Virus record (IMG/VR): IMGVR_UViG_3300024339_000005
Reading direction: 5' to 3' (one strand)
Length of the DNA: 64,000 bases
From: a virus
Part shown: in pieces, positions 29,499-39,153 of the stretch
Layout of the letters: each line of letters opens with the position of its first letter
Numbering within the stretch: position 1 is the first letter of the stretch
Made by a program: the position numbers and the translations under genes
Notes under the pieces: model-generated
What the model was told of the DNA's origin: nothing
The model's database searches: none
Seen by the model: the letters and a program-made list of their open reading frames with translations, nothing else

Positions 29499-30077
29499 TT
29501 ACAATTCCTCTATAACGGTGACTTCGCCTTTCAAGCAATCGTCGGGTGTGAATACCATCTTGCCAAGTCCTGCGTTCTTTAGATCCCAACCCAATTCTTT
29601 ACGAACGGGCTTGTAACATTTATAGACCAATTCAGAGCAAGAGAACCGAACATCAGCCGTGTTCCCAAAGTCAAAGTTGTAATCATATGGTACGCCCAGG
29701 TAACCGATGGCATCTTCAACAGCCATTTCGCACCATGAGTGAGACACGTTAGGGCGCACTATAGCCATACGGTCGCAGCGCATCCAATCAACCAGATTGG
29801 TGTACTGGACAGCGGGTGTCATGGCATGAATAACCTTCTCGTCACCGACATAGATTCCAGCATGGGAATATTTGCCAGGAATGAAGAACCCATCAAGGTA
29901 GTTGTCATAGCCACGCAGCAAGATATCACCGGGACGCAATTGGTCACGCACCGAATAGTAGTCATCGCCCTTGAGTTTGTAAGAGGTTGGGCCTACTGTG
30001 AGCCATAGCGGGGTCTTGTACACCTTGATATGCGAGAACCATTGAAGGAACTTGGTCTGTATTTTGTATAGGCTCAT
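29499..30077 (-). CDS. permuted papain-like NlpC/P60 amidase (YiiX/YaeF family)
   Basis: PGDILL, YSHAGIY, PYDYNF, FSCSELV (His precedes Cys). Confidence 0.88.
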   Translation of the reverse strand: MSLYKIQTKFLQWFSHIKVYKTPLWLTVGPTSYKLKGDDYYSVRDQLRPGDILLRGYDNYLDGFFIPGKYSHAGIYVGDEKVIHAMTPAVQYTNLVDWMRCDRMAIVRPNVSHSWCEMAVEDAIGYLGVPYDYNFDFGNTADVRFSCSELVYKCYKPVRKELGWDLKNAGLGKMVFTPDDCLKGEVTVIEEL

Positions 30078-30217
30078 TTGCTTAGATTGCCTATCATGGT
30101 CTGACCGCGAACCTTACCGATTTTACCAGCGTTCATTTGCTTTTTGATTTCTGAAATTTCCTCGGCTGTGGTTTCAGGCTCTTTGTATGGTGTGCGTTTC
30201 CAGTCGGTGAATTTCAT
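30074..30217 (-). CDS. 47-aa hypothetical protein
   Basis: MKFTDWKRTPYKE...; ATGA overlaps on both sides. Confidence 0.55.
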   Translation of the reverse strand: MKFTDWKRTPYKEPETTAEEISEIKKQMNAGKIGKVRGQTMIGNLSK

Positions 30218-30627
30218 TTTTTATCTCCTAATAGCATTTTCTGAATGTCGTCTGTTGACATTACTAGGTTGTTATTCGTCACTTGTGACTCGGGTGCTTT
30301 TGGACCTCTCTCTTTTAGTGCTTTCTTTTTCGTCTGTAAATCTAGCAGCGCAAGGTTACCATCAACGATATTCTTGATAAGACCACCGACCACCTCAAAC
30401 GCTCTTGGGTGTTCTGAGTCTTGGGCTACTTCAACAGCGGAGCCAAGAACAAGAGAACCCTGTTCGACCGCATCAATAATGTTGGCTCTTGCAAGCTCTG
30501 TATCCGCATCAATTTGTTCATCAGCCACAGTTGGTTCTTCTATTACCACAATGGCTTTTTCTTCTGCATCAATAACAATAGGGGGCAGCCCCAGGGTATC
30601 CTCAAACGAGTCATTAAATTTTGTCAT
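30214..30627 (-). CDS. gp16: terminase small subunit
   Basis: SEHPRAFEV, VTNNNLVMSTDDIQKML. Confidence 0.92.
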   Translation of the reverse strand: MTKFNDSFEDTLGLPPIVIDAEEKAIVVIEEPTVADEQIDADTELARANIIDAVEQGSLVLGSAVEVAQDSEHPRAFEVVGGLIKNIVDGNLALLDLQTKKKALKERGPKAPESQVTNNNLVMSTDDIQKMLLGDKK

Positions 30628-30629
30628 AA

Positions 30630-31502
30630 TTATTCCGTATCATGTTTAGTGCCATCATCAAAAAATGTAAAGTCTTGGGCAAAACCGAAATCATCCGAGG
30701 CATCAATGGTAGAAGTTGCAACCGAAGCAGCGGAGTTGGTTGTTGGTGTTCCGTCTGCTAATAGACCTGGTGTTGTGACAATTCGTGAGGCTGTCGCTGT
30801 CGAACCAATGGCTGTGTCTGGAATCGTTTCAGTACCATCGGAAGCGGGAATGAATGTGTCTGTAATCACTCGCTTGATAACTTCGGCTGACTTCACTGGT
30901 CCATATAGATATGCTTTGATCTGAAAATCAAGGGTCCATATCAAAGCCCGTCGTGTTTGAAAGTCACCCTCATAGGCATCTTCTACAGCCGTTGATACCA
31001 GCACGATAGGAATATCCGTCTTGAATCCCATTTCTGGTATCATGTTAGCGGAGACAGTCCAATCTGGGGTAAAGTACGGTAGAATCTGTTGAACGATTTG
31101 TGCACCGTCGTTGGCGTTTTTGACCATGATAGACAAGGACATTTCGATATCATACGGCACACCGACATACTGAGACAATAGTTTTTGTGGGTCTGTTGTC
31201 GAGTTAGTCACGTTTCGTTGACTTGACTGTTTAGCCCGTTCTGGTGAATAGGTCATGCCTGTGATCTCAAAACCCATTCGTGGTAGCTGAATAGCCACAT
31301 CACGATTAAGGTCTGGGTCGGTGTTCAACCTGACTAAAAATTTCTCGCGTGGTCCATACGCAATAGGAACCTGTATCGTCTGTTGACGAACACCTTGATT
31401 GTCTACTCGTTCGATTGTGAGATCGTTGAAAAGCCGCCCAAAGATAATGATATATTTGCGTATCGACTCATGGTCGAAATATTTGTTACCTCCGAATCCG
31501 AT
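30630..31502 (-). CDS. gp15: tail sheath stabiliser/terminator with non-canonical (ATC) start
   Basis: Frame extends above the track start through YFDHESIRKYIIIFGRLFNDL...VPIAYGPREKFL; LPRMGFEI, QILPYFTP; AAGGAGG 9 nt before ATC. Confidence 0.9.
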   Translation of the reverse strand: MGFGGNKYFDHESIRKYIIIFGRLFNDLTIERVDNQGVRQQTIQVPIAYGPREKFLVRLNTDPDLNRDVAIQLPRMGFEITGMTYSPERAKQSSQRNVTNSTTDPQKLLSQYVGVPYDIEMSLSIMVKNANDGAQIVQQILPYFTPDWTVSANMIPEMGFKTDIPIVLVSTAVEDAYEGDFQTRRALIWTLDFQIKAYLYGPVKSAEVIKRVITDTFIPASDGTETIPDTAIGSTATASRIVTTPGLLADGTPTTNSAASVATSTIDASDDFGFAQDFTFFDDGTKHDTE

Positions 31503-31671
31503 TGTCAGAGCCCTCCTTTATGAACCGTTCTCTATACGAGCATGTTGTTTTCATAGCGTTCACAATGTCTTCCAGTTTGCTTTCAGTCTTGAGGTCTTTA
31601 TTCATATGCGCTTCAAAATCAGGTTCTTCAACCCATTCGGCGCAATAATGGCACCATATTTCTTTCATCAA
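31486..31671 (-). CDS. small C2H2-like hypothetical protein
   Basis: WCHYC...FEAHM; GGAGA Shine-Dalgarno. Confidence 0.5.
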   Translation of the reverse strand: MMKEIWCHYCAEWVEEPDFEAHMNKDLKTESKLEDIVNAMKTTCSYRERFIKEGSDNRIRR

Positions 31672-31683
31672 ATATCTCCATCT

Positions 31684-31691
31684 TATAAATA
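31684..31691 (+). promoter_or_regulatory. T4-type late promoter for the antisense HNH gene
   Basis: TATAAATA followed by a structured leader. Confidence 0.8.
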
Positions 31692-31750
31692 GTTGTAAGT
31701 CGCGGTACTACCAATACCCACTAACTCTATAGCCCCGGAAGGCAACAGCA

Positions 31751-32389
31751 ATGTCACATCTATTTATACAGAACAAATACACAAGATGGTATTTCAATAT
31801 CATCCGTAACGCACAATCACGACCTATTCCCGAAGGATATGTTGAAAAGCATCATATCGTGCCTGAATCTATGGGTGGTGAAGAAACGGTTTCTCTTACC
31901 GCAAAAGAGCATTTCATTTGTCACGCTCTATTGGTTAGAATGACCAAAGGTTCTGACCATCATAAAATGGTGTTTGCGTTCAACATGATGGGTGTGGACG
32001 CCCATGGCAAACGGTATGTTTCCAGACTACATGAATACAACAGGGTAAAAGTGGCTAAGGTTATTAGTGAATCGAATAAAGGCAGACAGCCGAGATTGGG
32101 TGCTGTTCTTTCCGATGAAACAAAAAAGAAGATAGGTGACGCCCATCGCGGCAAAGTACCATCAAAAGAATTGAGAGAATTATGGAGTAAACAACGAACT
32201 GGTGCTGGCAATGGCAACTATGGTAAAAAACACTCCGAGGAGAGAAAGAGAAAGATAGGGCAAAAATCCAAAGACAGACAGTATCCAGTTTCGTGTGTTC
32301 ATTGTCAGAAGACCGTTTCTAATCAGTTAACCTTATCTCGCCATCATGGTGATAGATGTAAATCTATTCAGCTTCGCCAAACGGGTTAA
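31751..32389 (+). CDS. HNH homing endonuclease with NUMOD3, antisense between gp14 and gp15
   Basis: YVEKHHIVPESMGG...LTAKEHFICHALL; YGKKHSEE; C-terminal CVHC...HHGDRCK. Confidence 0.88.
   Translation: MSHLFIQNKYTRWYFNIIRNAQSRPIPEGYVEKHHIVPESMGGEETVSLTAKEHFICHALLVRMTKGSDHHKMVFAFNMMGVDAHGKRYVSRLHEYNRVKVAKVISESNKGRQPRLGAVLSDETKKKIGDAHRGKVPSKELRELWSKQRTGAGNGNYGKKHSEERKRKIGQKSKDRQYPVSCVHCQKTVSNQLTLSRHHGDRCKSIQLRQTG
31761..31768 (-). promoter_or_regulatory. T4-type late promoter facing gp15
   Basis: TATAAATA on the minus strand inside the 5' end of the HNH gene. Confidence 0.6.
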
Positions 32390-33176
32390 TTTCGCTAAAG
32401 TCAATAATGTTGTCGTCATAATTGGTTGTTGTGAAATAGGTGTTATTAGCCTGAGCATCGGTGTTCACAGGTAGATAATCTTCCTTGATAAATGAACCAC
32501 CATCTTCTAGCAATATCTTGTCACCTGTTTCAAGCAACATTTCATAAGCAAGGGCGTTTCCAGAATAATCGGTTTCTATTTGATCAATGGTCGCATTACC
32601 AGTACTAATAGTTTCGTGGCTATACTCAAATAGGGTACACCTCAGATCATAGGTGTATAGACGACCAAACGAATAGAAAACTTCTTCATGTTCAACATGG
32701 TCGATCTGGAAAATCTTGCCGTTCAATGGGAAGTAGATTAGATCTCCTTCAAAGGGTCTGCCGAGAGACAAAGCAAAGTTGTCGCCGTTGGCATCCTCAA
32801 GTAAAAACTCGTCGCCTGTCTCTAAGAGAACATTATAGCCTTGGCCTTCTGTAAGCAATTTCTCTGATTGAAATTGTTCGAACCTTTTGACGGCTACTGT
32901 GAAGGTTATCTCGTCGCGTATCTCAAGACCAAACTTTGATAGTAGGTCACCCTCACCTTCAAAGCCCTCAACATTTTTGATATAGACTTCGATAGTCGCG
33001 GCTACATTGAAAGCCGAAAGCGTATCTTCACCAAACAACAAATCTTCTTTGACAAGGGTACGCGGCAAGTATTGAACATCATGCCCATACATTTTTATGG
33101 ACTCGATTATCAAGTCCTCTGCCAACCCCTGTTCTGAGGCGAAGGCATAGTTGTTGAAATAACTATTTACCGCCAT
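32364..33176 (-). CDS. gp14: neck protein
   Basis: EQGLAEDLIIESIKMYG, YLPR, LSKFGLEIRDE, EGDLIYFP, DFSEINPFG. Confidence 0.95.
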   Translation of the reverse strand: MAVNSYFNNYAFASEQGLAEDLIIESIKMYGHDVQYLPRTLVKEDLLFGEDTLSAFNVAATIEVYIKNVEGFEGEGDLLSKFGLEIRDEITFTVAVKRFEQFQSEKLLTEGQGYNVLLETGDEFLLEDANGDNFALSLGRPFEGDLIYFPLNGKIFQIDHVEHEEVFYSFGRLYTYDLRCTLFEYSHETISTGNATIDQIETDYSGNALAYEMLLETGDKILLEDGGSFIKEDYLPVNTDAQANNTYFTTTNYDDNIIDFSEINPFGEAE

Positions 33177-33813
33177 AATCACAAACCCTTTCTACACTGG
33201 TGCCTTTACGAGAAATTTTGCCGCTCTTGGACAGATATTTCAATGTAGTTTTGGGTATATCCAAAAGTTTTGATACCCATTCTAAGGACCATGAATGAAA
33301 TTCTGTATCTTGGGTTGTTATCTTATACCAATACTTGGCTCTTGCTTGTGCGGCTTTCGTAGCATGTTCAATACTTTTCGGCACATCTTTGAGTCTTTTC
33401 GATAACTGATTTTTTTGTTCTTGGGAGCCGTTGTATTTACACAGCGGGCTGTTGTCGTAGTAAAGGTTCTTACCTGAAACTGATAATTTCTTTTTGAAAT
33501 CATCACTTCTTTTCATACCACGATTTACACGACCACCAGAGGCATGATTATAGCCAAGGGTCTGTAAATCATATTTTCCTATCCAATATTGTTCTCTATC
33601 ATCAATAGTAGTTTCATCACATCTTTCAATCATTTCGCATGTAAAATTATTTACACCATGCTTACGAATAGCATTGTATAATTTGTAATTACAAGAGGTC
33701 TTTGAACGTGACACATGACCAGACCATCTTTCATCAAGACTTTTTGATGTTTGACCAACGTATTTGATTTCATCAAATAATTTTATTGCGTAAATAATCA
33801 TTATATATTTCAC
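33163..33813 (-). CDS. GIY-YIG homing endonuclease between gp13 and gp14
   Basis: IIYAI...YVGQT, RWSGH, LYNAIRKHG, REQYWI, GYN. Confidence 0.88.
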   Translation of the reverse strand: MKYIMIIYAIKLFDEIKYVGQTSKSLDERWSGHVSRSKTSCNYKLYNAIRKHGVNNFTCEMIERCDETTIDDREQYWIGKYDLQTLGYNHASGGRVNRGMKRSDDFKKKLSVSGKNLYYDNSPLCKYNGSQEQKNQLSKRLKDVPKSIEHATKAAQARAKYWYKITTQDTEFHSWSLEWVSKLLDIPKTTLKYLSKSGKISRKGTSVERVCDYGGK

Positions 33814-34553
33814 CCAGACATATCAAACACTGGAAGGCTGTAAGAGGTAATCATTTCTTCTTCTAGTTCCTTGAGCCGTGTGTTGGCTTCATCCCACAAT
33901 TCCTGACCGTTAAAGGTCACGCCACCGGGTAGTTGTACGCCCGTGAATTTCTTCAGGTTAGCACCCCATTGACGTTTGAAAAGTTGTGTGGTATATTCAA
34001 GCAACCAACGGTCGTTCCATACGTCTGTGTAGGTGTCTGGGTCAATCAACTGGTAACCGTCGATGATAACATAATTGCCTACAGTTACCTTGTTCCAATC
34101 CATATCAAGATTCACTCGGTCGGTATGACGATTGAAACGAATGGGTTGTTGACCTGTAAGAATTTCCTGTATCATTGCGATATGCTGTTGAGCGATCACG
34201 TAATGCGTCATTTGAACATTAGCGGCGTCAAAAACATCATTCAAGGAAAACTGATAGTTCAGGTTGAACATATTGCTTGATGAAGAAATTGCGCTACCGA
34301 TAGGGAAAATGCGTGTAACACCAACGATATCTTCATTAAGTGAAATATATTTGTTGGTTACGTCTGTGGCTGTGACTTGGTGAGCGACATAAACTTGTTG
34401 TGTACCATCAAAGTGGTAATCCCTGTAATACTGAAGGGATTCATCAATGCGGTCGTCAAGTTGGTCATTATCAACATTTATGTCAATAACGGGCTTGCCT
34501 AAGTTGCGAAGGCAATACTCTCTGTGTTGTTCACGGCTTGTAGGTACTGCCAT
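33810..34553 (-). CDS. gp13: neck protein
   Basis: YCLRNLGKPVIDINV, YHFDG, KRQWGANLKKFTGVQLPGGVTFNG. Confidence 0.96.
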   Translation of the reverse strand: MAVPTSREQHREYCLRNLGKPVIDINVDNDQLDDRIDESLQYYRDYHFDGTQQVYVAHQVTATDVTNKYISLNEDIVGVTRIFPIGSAISSSSNMFNLNYQFSLNDVFDAANVQMTHYVIAQQHIAMIQEILTGQQPIRFNRHTDRVNLDMDWNKVTVGNYVIIDGYQLIDPDTYTDVWNDRWLLEYTTQLFKRQWGANLKKFTGVQLPGGVTFNGQELWDEANTRLKELEEEMITSYSLPVFDMSG

Positions 34554-34580
34554 AATAGAAATACTCCTAGTTCTTTACTG

Positions 34581-34588
34581 TATTTATA
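34581..34588 (-). promoter_or_regulatory. T4-type late promoter (gp13)
   Basis: TATAAATA. Confidence 0.85.
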
Positions 34589-34604
34589 AGAACCAGGGAG
34601 ACTA

Positions 34605-34904
34605 TTACTTTTTCATTATTTTCCAGTTGTGGTTGACTACCCACATATAAAAAGCGACTAAACCAGTCATAGCAACGGTGACCATAGTAGGATAATCTGG
34701 ATATGCGTAATAATACATGAAATAAGCCACGGCGGCCGATAGCCCGAACTTTGCGACTAGCCATGATTTACCTAGCTTGCTCATAATCCATGCCATTACA
34801 GGATTAGATTCTACGCCGCCTTGGTTGATAACTTTGTTCGTGGTGTAAACGTCGAGAACTTGTAGCACCATAAATGCTGCGATAAGAATTTCAATAGTTT
34901 CCAT
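34605..34904 (-). CDS. DUF5658-like membrane protein
   Basis: LQVLDVYTT...GGVESNPVM; three hydrophobic helices. Confidence 0.7.
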   Translation of the reverse strand: METIEILIAAFMVLQVLDVYTTNKVINQGGVESNPVMAWIMSKLGKSWLVAKFGLSAAVAYFMYYYAYPDYPTMVTVAMTGLVAFYMWVVNHNWKIMKK

Positions 34905-34907
34905 TTC

Positions 34908-37046
34908 TTACTCTCCTTCTAGTTCGCCAAAGAATACCACTAAATATCGGTAAACAGAATCTGCTGCTCCAGCGTGAGTGTAGTTATATATCGACGCCTG
35001 GCTCGGGTTAGTAACGGCTACGCCAATGATATTAGCATCATTATCTTCTGACGAACCGGATGCCACATAATAGCCTTTGAAAGGCGTTCCAAAAACAGCC
35101 GTGACTGTGGCACTAGCTACAGAAATACTTTCTATGTTGTGTGAGGCTCTGATTTCAGCCTGAGTCCCGTAAATCCAAGCCTTCGCTTTACCAAGATCAA
35201 TACCTTCATGTTGAATACCAAGCCCTTTGACGGTCTCGGTCAATTCACGGAGGCTTTCTGTCGGCATACTGATAGAGGAATCGGTAGCACCAATTGAGAA
35301 ACGCCCGTTACCCCATAGTTTCATATGTTCGAAGGCCGAGGAAGCGCCATCGTCGGCTACGTTGGTATATACGAGTCCATCCCAAATGCCTTTGTCGTCG
35401 GTTTGGGTTACAGCGACCTTACCGGAAACCGGATCAACATCAACGTCCAACACTGCGTCGGTTGTTCCCGATTGCAGCAAGACCTTGGCGGCTGTTTCAA
35501 ACATACCCTTTTCAGCGTCGTACATGGCACGAATTTGTGCGGCTGATGGGGCTGTTGCTGCTACCCTAATCATAGAAATAGCACCGTTGGCCCACGGATT
35601 ACCAGCCGCCGCCGTTGCACCAATGCCAATACTCTCATTCACAGTCAGTGTCGCTGTAGCGTTAACGATAGTGAAGTCACGTTCTAGCTTGCCATCGACC
35701 CATATTTCAGTGTTGGTTGTTCCACGCTTAACTGCAACAATCATGTGCCATTCACTGTCAGCAAAAGTGGCTGTTGTAATGTTCTGATCAAACCCTGACC
35801 CATCATTAATGATGAAATTCATGGCACCAGAGGTTTCTGTCCGCAAACCCCAGAGTGGAGTTGTGGCTCCTCGTGTTATGATAGTCTCATAGCCACCTGA
35901 CGCTGTTAGCTTGAACCAAGCCACAATACAGAAGTTTCCAGAGCCCCAATCAAAGTCAGTGTCTGTTGCTCTGGTCAGATAGTTACTTGCACTAAACCCG
36001 CTATAAGCCAGCAACTCACCACTCGCACCGTCTGCGGAGGCCGATGTTACAGTGCCGTTCTCAGTAAGCGTGTTGGCCTTGTAGCTACGATCAGCCGTTG
36101 CAGAGTTTGCAAGCCATGCGCCACGCACATCCCCGATCATGTAACCAGTGTTGTATGTGCGGTTTATAGCTGCGTTCATATGTGTTTGGAATGATGCTGC
36201 GGCGTCCCTTGGGCCATTCAGTTTGCCAATAGTCAAACCCGCAGCGGCTGCATACGCAATTTCACCTTGGCTACGGGCAGATATTCCGTTGTCTACACCT
36301 AAACCATAAACGCCGCCAGTAGTGGAGTTTGCAGCAGTTCCTGACCAGTTATCAGCAGTCATAGTTTCGATAAGCTGACTTTGGAAGGCTCTGTCACCAG
36401 ATGTTCCGTCTGAGTAAACAACGTAGCCGTTAACTATAGCTGATCCGTAGTTTGCCGCAGCGGCTGTCACGCGATCCCAAACATTACCGTCATATTTGAT
36501 AACACCGAAAGCTGCACCGCTACTCATATTATACCCGAAACAAGGCATGTTGCCGCCAGTGCGCGGATCAGAGGGCCAAGTGTCCCAAGTACCCGCACTT
36601 ACATCTGTAACTGCATTGCTTCCTAAAGCCGGAGTTGTACTGGTAGACAGTGACCGGGGCCAGCCTACTGTGCGTTCAGCCCAGCTGCCGTCATGTGGGT
36701 CTATAATCGTTACCCCGTCTTCTGAACCGACAATGATGTAGCCCATAGAGGCCGCAATTCCTGTTGGCGTCGCTGCGCCAGTGATCGTAACCGATGCAAG
36801 GGCTGTACCACCAACAACATTTGAATCCGTCGCATCCCAAATTTCAACCGTACTGTCAGCCCCAGCGTCTTTCACTGTGGCGACCATAAGTTTTTTGACG
36901 ACAGAAAGATTTTGTTTTTCGTCCCATTGTACGCCATCGCGGGCTGGACCAAAGATAACAGCATCAACATATGTGGCATCGGTATCAACCGCGCCACTGA
37001 AAGTACCTGTACCACCACCCTGGGCAATGTCTAATGCTTTACTCAT
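34908..37046 (-). CDS. tail fibre/receptor-binding protein with LamG domain (paralog B2)
   Basis: LamG WHMIVAV...IWVDG; shares N- and C-terminal blocks with 39989..42424. Confidence 0.8.
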   Translation of the reverse strand: MSKALDIAQGGGTGTFSGAVDTDATYVDAVIFGPARDGVQWDEKQNLSVVKKLMVATVKDAGADSTVEIWDATDSNVVGGTALASVTITGAATPTGIAASMGYIIVGSEDGVTIIDPHDGSWAERTVGWPRSLSTSTTPALGSNAVTDVSAGTWDTWPSDPRTGGNMPCFGYNMSSGAAFGVIKYDGNVWDRVTAAAANYGSAIVNGYVVYSDGTSGDRAFQSQLIETMTADNWSGTAANSTTGGVYGLGVDNGISARSQGEIAYAAAAGLTIGKLNGPRDAAASFQTHMNAAINRTYNTGYMIGDVRGAWLANSATADRSYKANTLTENGTVTSASADGASGELLAYSGFSASNYLTRATDTDFDWGSGNFCIVAWFKLTASGGYETIITRGATTPLWGLRTETSGAMNFIINDGSGFDQNITTATFADSEWHMIVAVKRGTTNTEIWVDGKLERDFTIVNATATLTVNESIGIGATAAAGNPWANGAISMIRVAATAPSAAQIRAMYDAEKGMFETAAKVLLQSGTTDAVLDVDVDPVSGKVAVTQTDDKGIWDGLVYTNVADDGASSAFEHMKLWGNGRFSIGATDSSISMPTESLRELTETVKGLGIQHEGIDLGKAKAWIYGTQAEIRASHNIESISVASATVTAVFGTPFKGYYVASGSSEDNDANIIGVAVTNPSQASIYNYTHAGAADSVYRYLVVFFGELEGE

Positions 37047-37324
37047 TTTGGATTATCCGCCTTTACTTGTGCAATACGGGTGCGCCATGCATCAACATCA
37101 TGGTAAATTTCATCTAGTTGATCGCCGACTAATCCGTAGGCGGCGATGCGTGTTTCATCGACTGTTGGTGCCGGCGTGTCGTCTTGCACCTTTGAGCAAG
37201 TCGGGTCAGCCTCAATATCCAATAGCATCTGGTCATAGTGGCGATTACCGGGGGCTACTGCCCACTGCATTTTCCCCCTGCTGAATTGAACTGTGATGCC
37301 ATTTATCTTGTGTTCTATGTACAT
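37043..37324 (-). CDS. tail fibre accessory/chaperone protein
   Basis: GNRHY, R.AAY..VGDQLDEIYHD..W...VKADNPK. Confidence 0.7.
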   Translation of the reverse strand: MYIEHKINGITVQFSRGKMQWAVAPGNRHYDQMLLDIEADPTCSKVQDDTPAPTVDETRIAAYGLVGDQLDEIYHDVDAWRTRIAQVKADNPK

Positions 37325-37325
37325 C

Positions 37326-38816
37326 CTATAGCTCCGCGTCTATTTCAATATAAGTGATACCAGCACCAGCGTTCCGGAATGTCTGCACCAATGCCCCGTT
37401 CCCTATCGTTAACCCTGATGTTGTAAATCGGGGATTACAGTTATCATGGGTTATGTACCAACAGTTGAAGGACGTACAATTATATCCACCACCTTGTTGC
37501 AGAACACGCATGTTTGTTATAGCTGAACATGTAACGGTTGGATTGGTACGTTTCCAAGCAAAGTTTAACTGCCCCTCTAGGTATGTACTGTGTTGAGCAG
37601 ACCCATCTATCCAAAGCCTATAAAGACCCTCACTGTCAAACCGTTCGTAATACCGCTGACACTTAGCCAGCGTATCCCCATAACTCTCATGCTCAAAGCT
37701 GGTGGCTGCGCTGGCAACTTCCAGTTTGACGCCTGTCAGGTATACGTTGTTCGCCGTGTTATCCATCAGGTTCTGCTGGTTTGTCGTTGACCTCCAGCCA
37801 CCGCCAGAAGTCCAAGTATCGGCAGTGTTTTCATAACCGTTAGATAACAGGGGGAAGCCGATGCTCAGTGCATAGGTATTATCATCAGGCAGTGCGCTAC
37901 CAGAGGTTTGTGCGGGGAATGTCACAGTGAAGTACTCGGCAGTATTCGCCGCCGTGACTGTGAACTCCATAGGGCAGCCATAGTTGTTGTCGTTGTCCAC
38001 CATGAAAACGACCTGTGTACCAGCCTTTGGCGACTGCCACCAAAACGAGATCGTAGTTTCTAAAGAGCCAGATGTGCCATGCAATAGATGCTGAACATCC
38101 TGCCCTTCAAACTTATATTGGATGCCCATGAAATCACTACCAGCCAACGAACTTTCGACTGTGGTGCAGTCCACTTTTAATGCAGATGGAAAACCCGCTG
38201 CGGCCATTAAAGCGGGTGATGCCTCGACAGTTGTAGTAGCGATTGCGTTTGTAGTTTCGACAAATATCTGCCAACGATCTGCTGCGGTGTACTCTGTAGA
38301 GGTTATACCTGTAACAGTCCCACGCTGGCTGACAGTCATGCCGCCGTTGATGATCAGGTTAGGGTTGTTACCCGTTGGCGCACTCGTTGCACCTGTACCG
38401 CCCTGTGCCTCTGACAATGGCGTAGTCAAACCAGTTAGACTTGTTATATCTGCATTGGCTCCATTAAGAGCATATTTTGCATCAACTTCGGTCTTGGTAT
38501 AGGTATCTGCTTTCGCATATGAATTAGGGTTTGTGACTTCACCAAAGGAAAGAACTTCCAATTTCCAACCGGCGGTCATAGCCGCAAGACCAGTGAAACT
38601 TGTACCAGTTGTTGCTGTATAATCTTCGTCGTTTAGTTTAACACCGTTGAGTAAGACAAGATAATTGCCTTCGCCCACGGTATATGCAAGAGTATTGCCG
38701 TTGTCGTCTGCGCCAGATACTGAAGTTTGAGCCGCTGCCGCGGTGAATTCATAGAGAACAGCACCCTGATAGTTTTCCCACATTGCGCTAGGTATTGATT
38801 GAATGCCTAATCCCAT
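37326..38816 (-). CDS. tail fibre protein (paralog A2)
   Basis: NPNLIINGGMTVSQRG, LTGVKLEV..AT.FEHE, LAKCQRYY. Confidence 0.8.
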   Translation of the reverse strand: MGLGIQSIPSAMWENYQGAVLYEFTAAAAQTSVSGADDNGNTLAYTVGEGNYLVLLNGVKLNDEDYTATTGTSFTGLAAMTAGWKLEVLSFGEVTNPNSYAKADTYTKTEVDAKYALNGANADITSLTGLTTPLSEAQGGTGATSAPTGNNPNLIINGGMTVSQRGTVTGITSTEYTAADRWQIFVETTNAIATTTVEASPALMAAAGFPSALKVDCTTVESSLAGSDFMGIQYKFEGQDVQHLLHGTSGSLETTISFWWQSPKAGTQVVFMVDNDNNYGCPMEFTVTAANTAEYFTVTFPAQTSGSALPDDNTYALSIGFPLLSNGYENTADTWTSGGGWRSTTNQQNLMDNTANNVYLTGVKLEVASAATSFEHESYGDTLAKCQRYYERFDSEGLYRLWIDGSAQHSTYLEGQLNFAWKRTNPTVTCSAITNMRVLQQGGGYNCTSFNCWYITHDNCNPRFTTSGLTIGNGALVQTFRNAGAGITYIEIDAEL

Positions 38817-39145
38817 TAGTAACCTCTAATTTTCTTTAAGCGCGAATTGGCTTCTTCTAATTGCGCTTTTAAATTTCTCAACCTGTCTCTTGACGACTGG
38901 TTGCTACCACGCTTTTCAATGCGGTCTTCAATAGCCCACACTTGGCGTTGAATCTGTTCAACAATAAGTGTTTGGGTACGAACATCAAGACCTACCAGTT
39001 GGAATTTTACTTCCTCAACTTCGGTATTCCATGCGACCCTAGGAATATCAAGCCCCATTGCGTCTGCACCAGCATAAGCACCACCGATAGCAGAGACTAC
39101 GCCGAGAGAAATTGTGATATGTTTTAATGCGTCTATTATGTTCAT
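38816..39145 (-). CDS. N-terminal transmembrane plus coiled-coil protein
   Basis: Hydrophobic N-terminus and heptad-rich C-terminus. Confidence 0.6.
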   Translation of the reverse strand: MNIIDALKHITISLGVVSAIGGAYAGADAMGLDIPRVAWNTEVEEVKFQLVGLDVRTQTLIVEQIQRQVWAIEDRIEKRGSNQSSRDRLRNLKAQLEEANSRLKKIRGY

Positions 39146-39153
39146 ATTACTAT

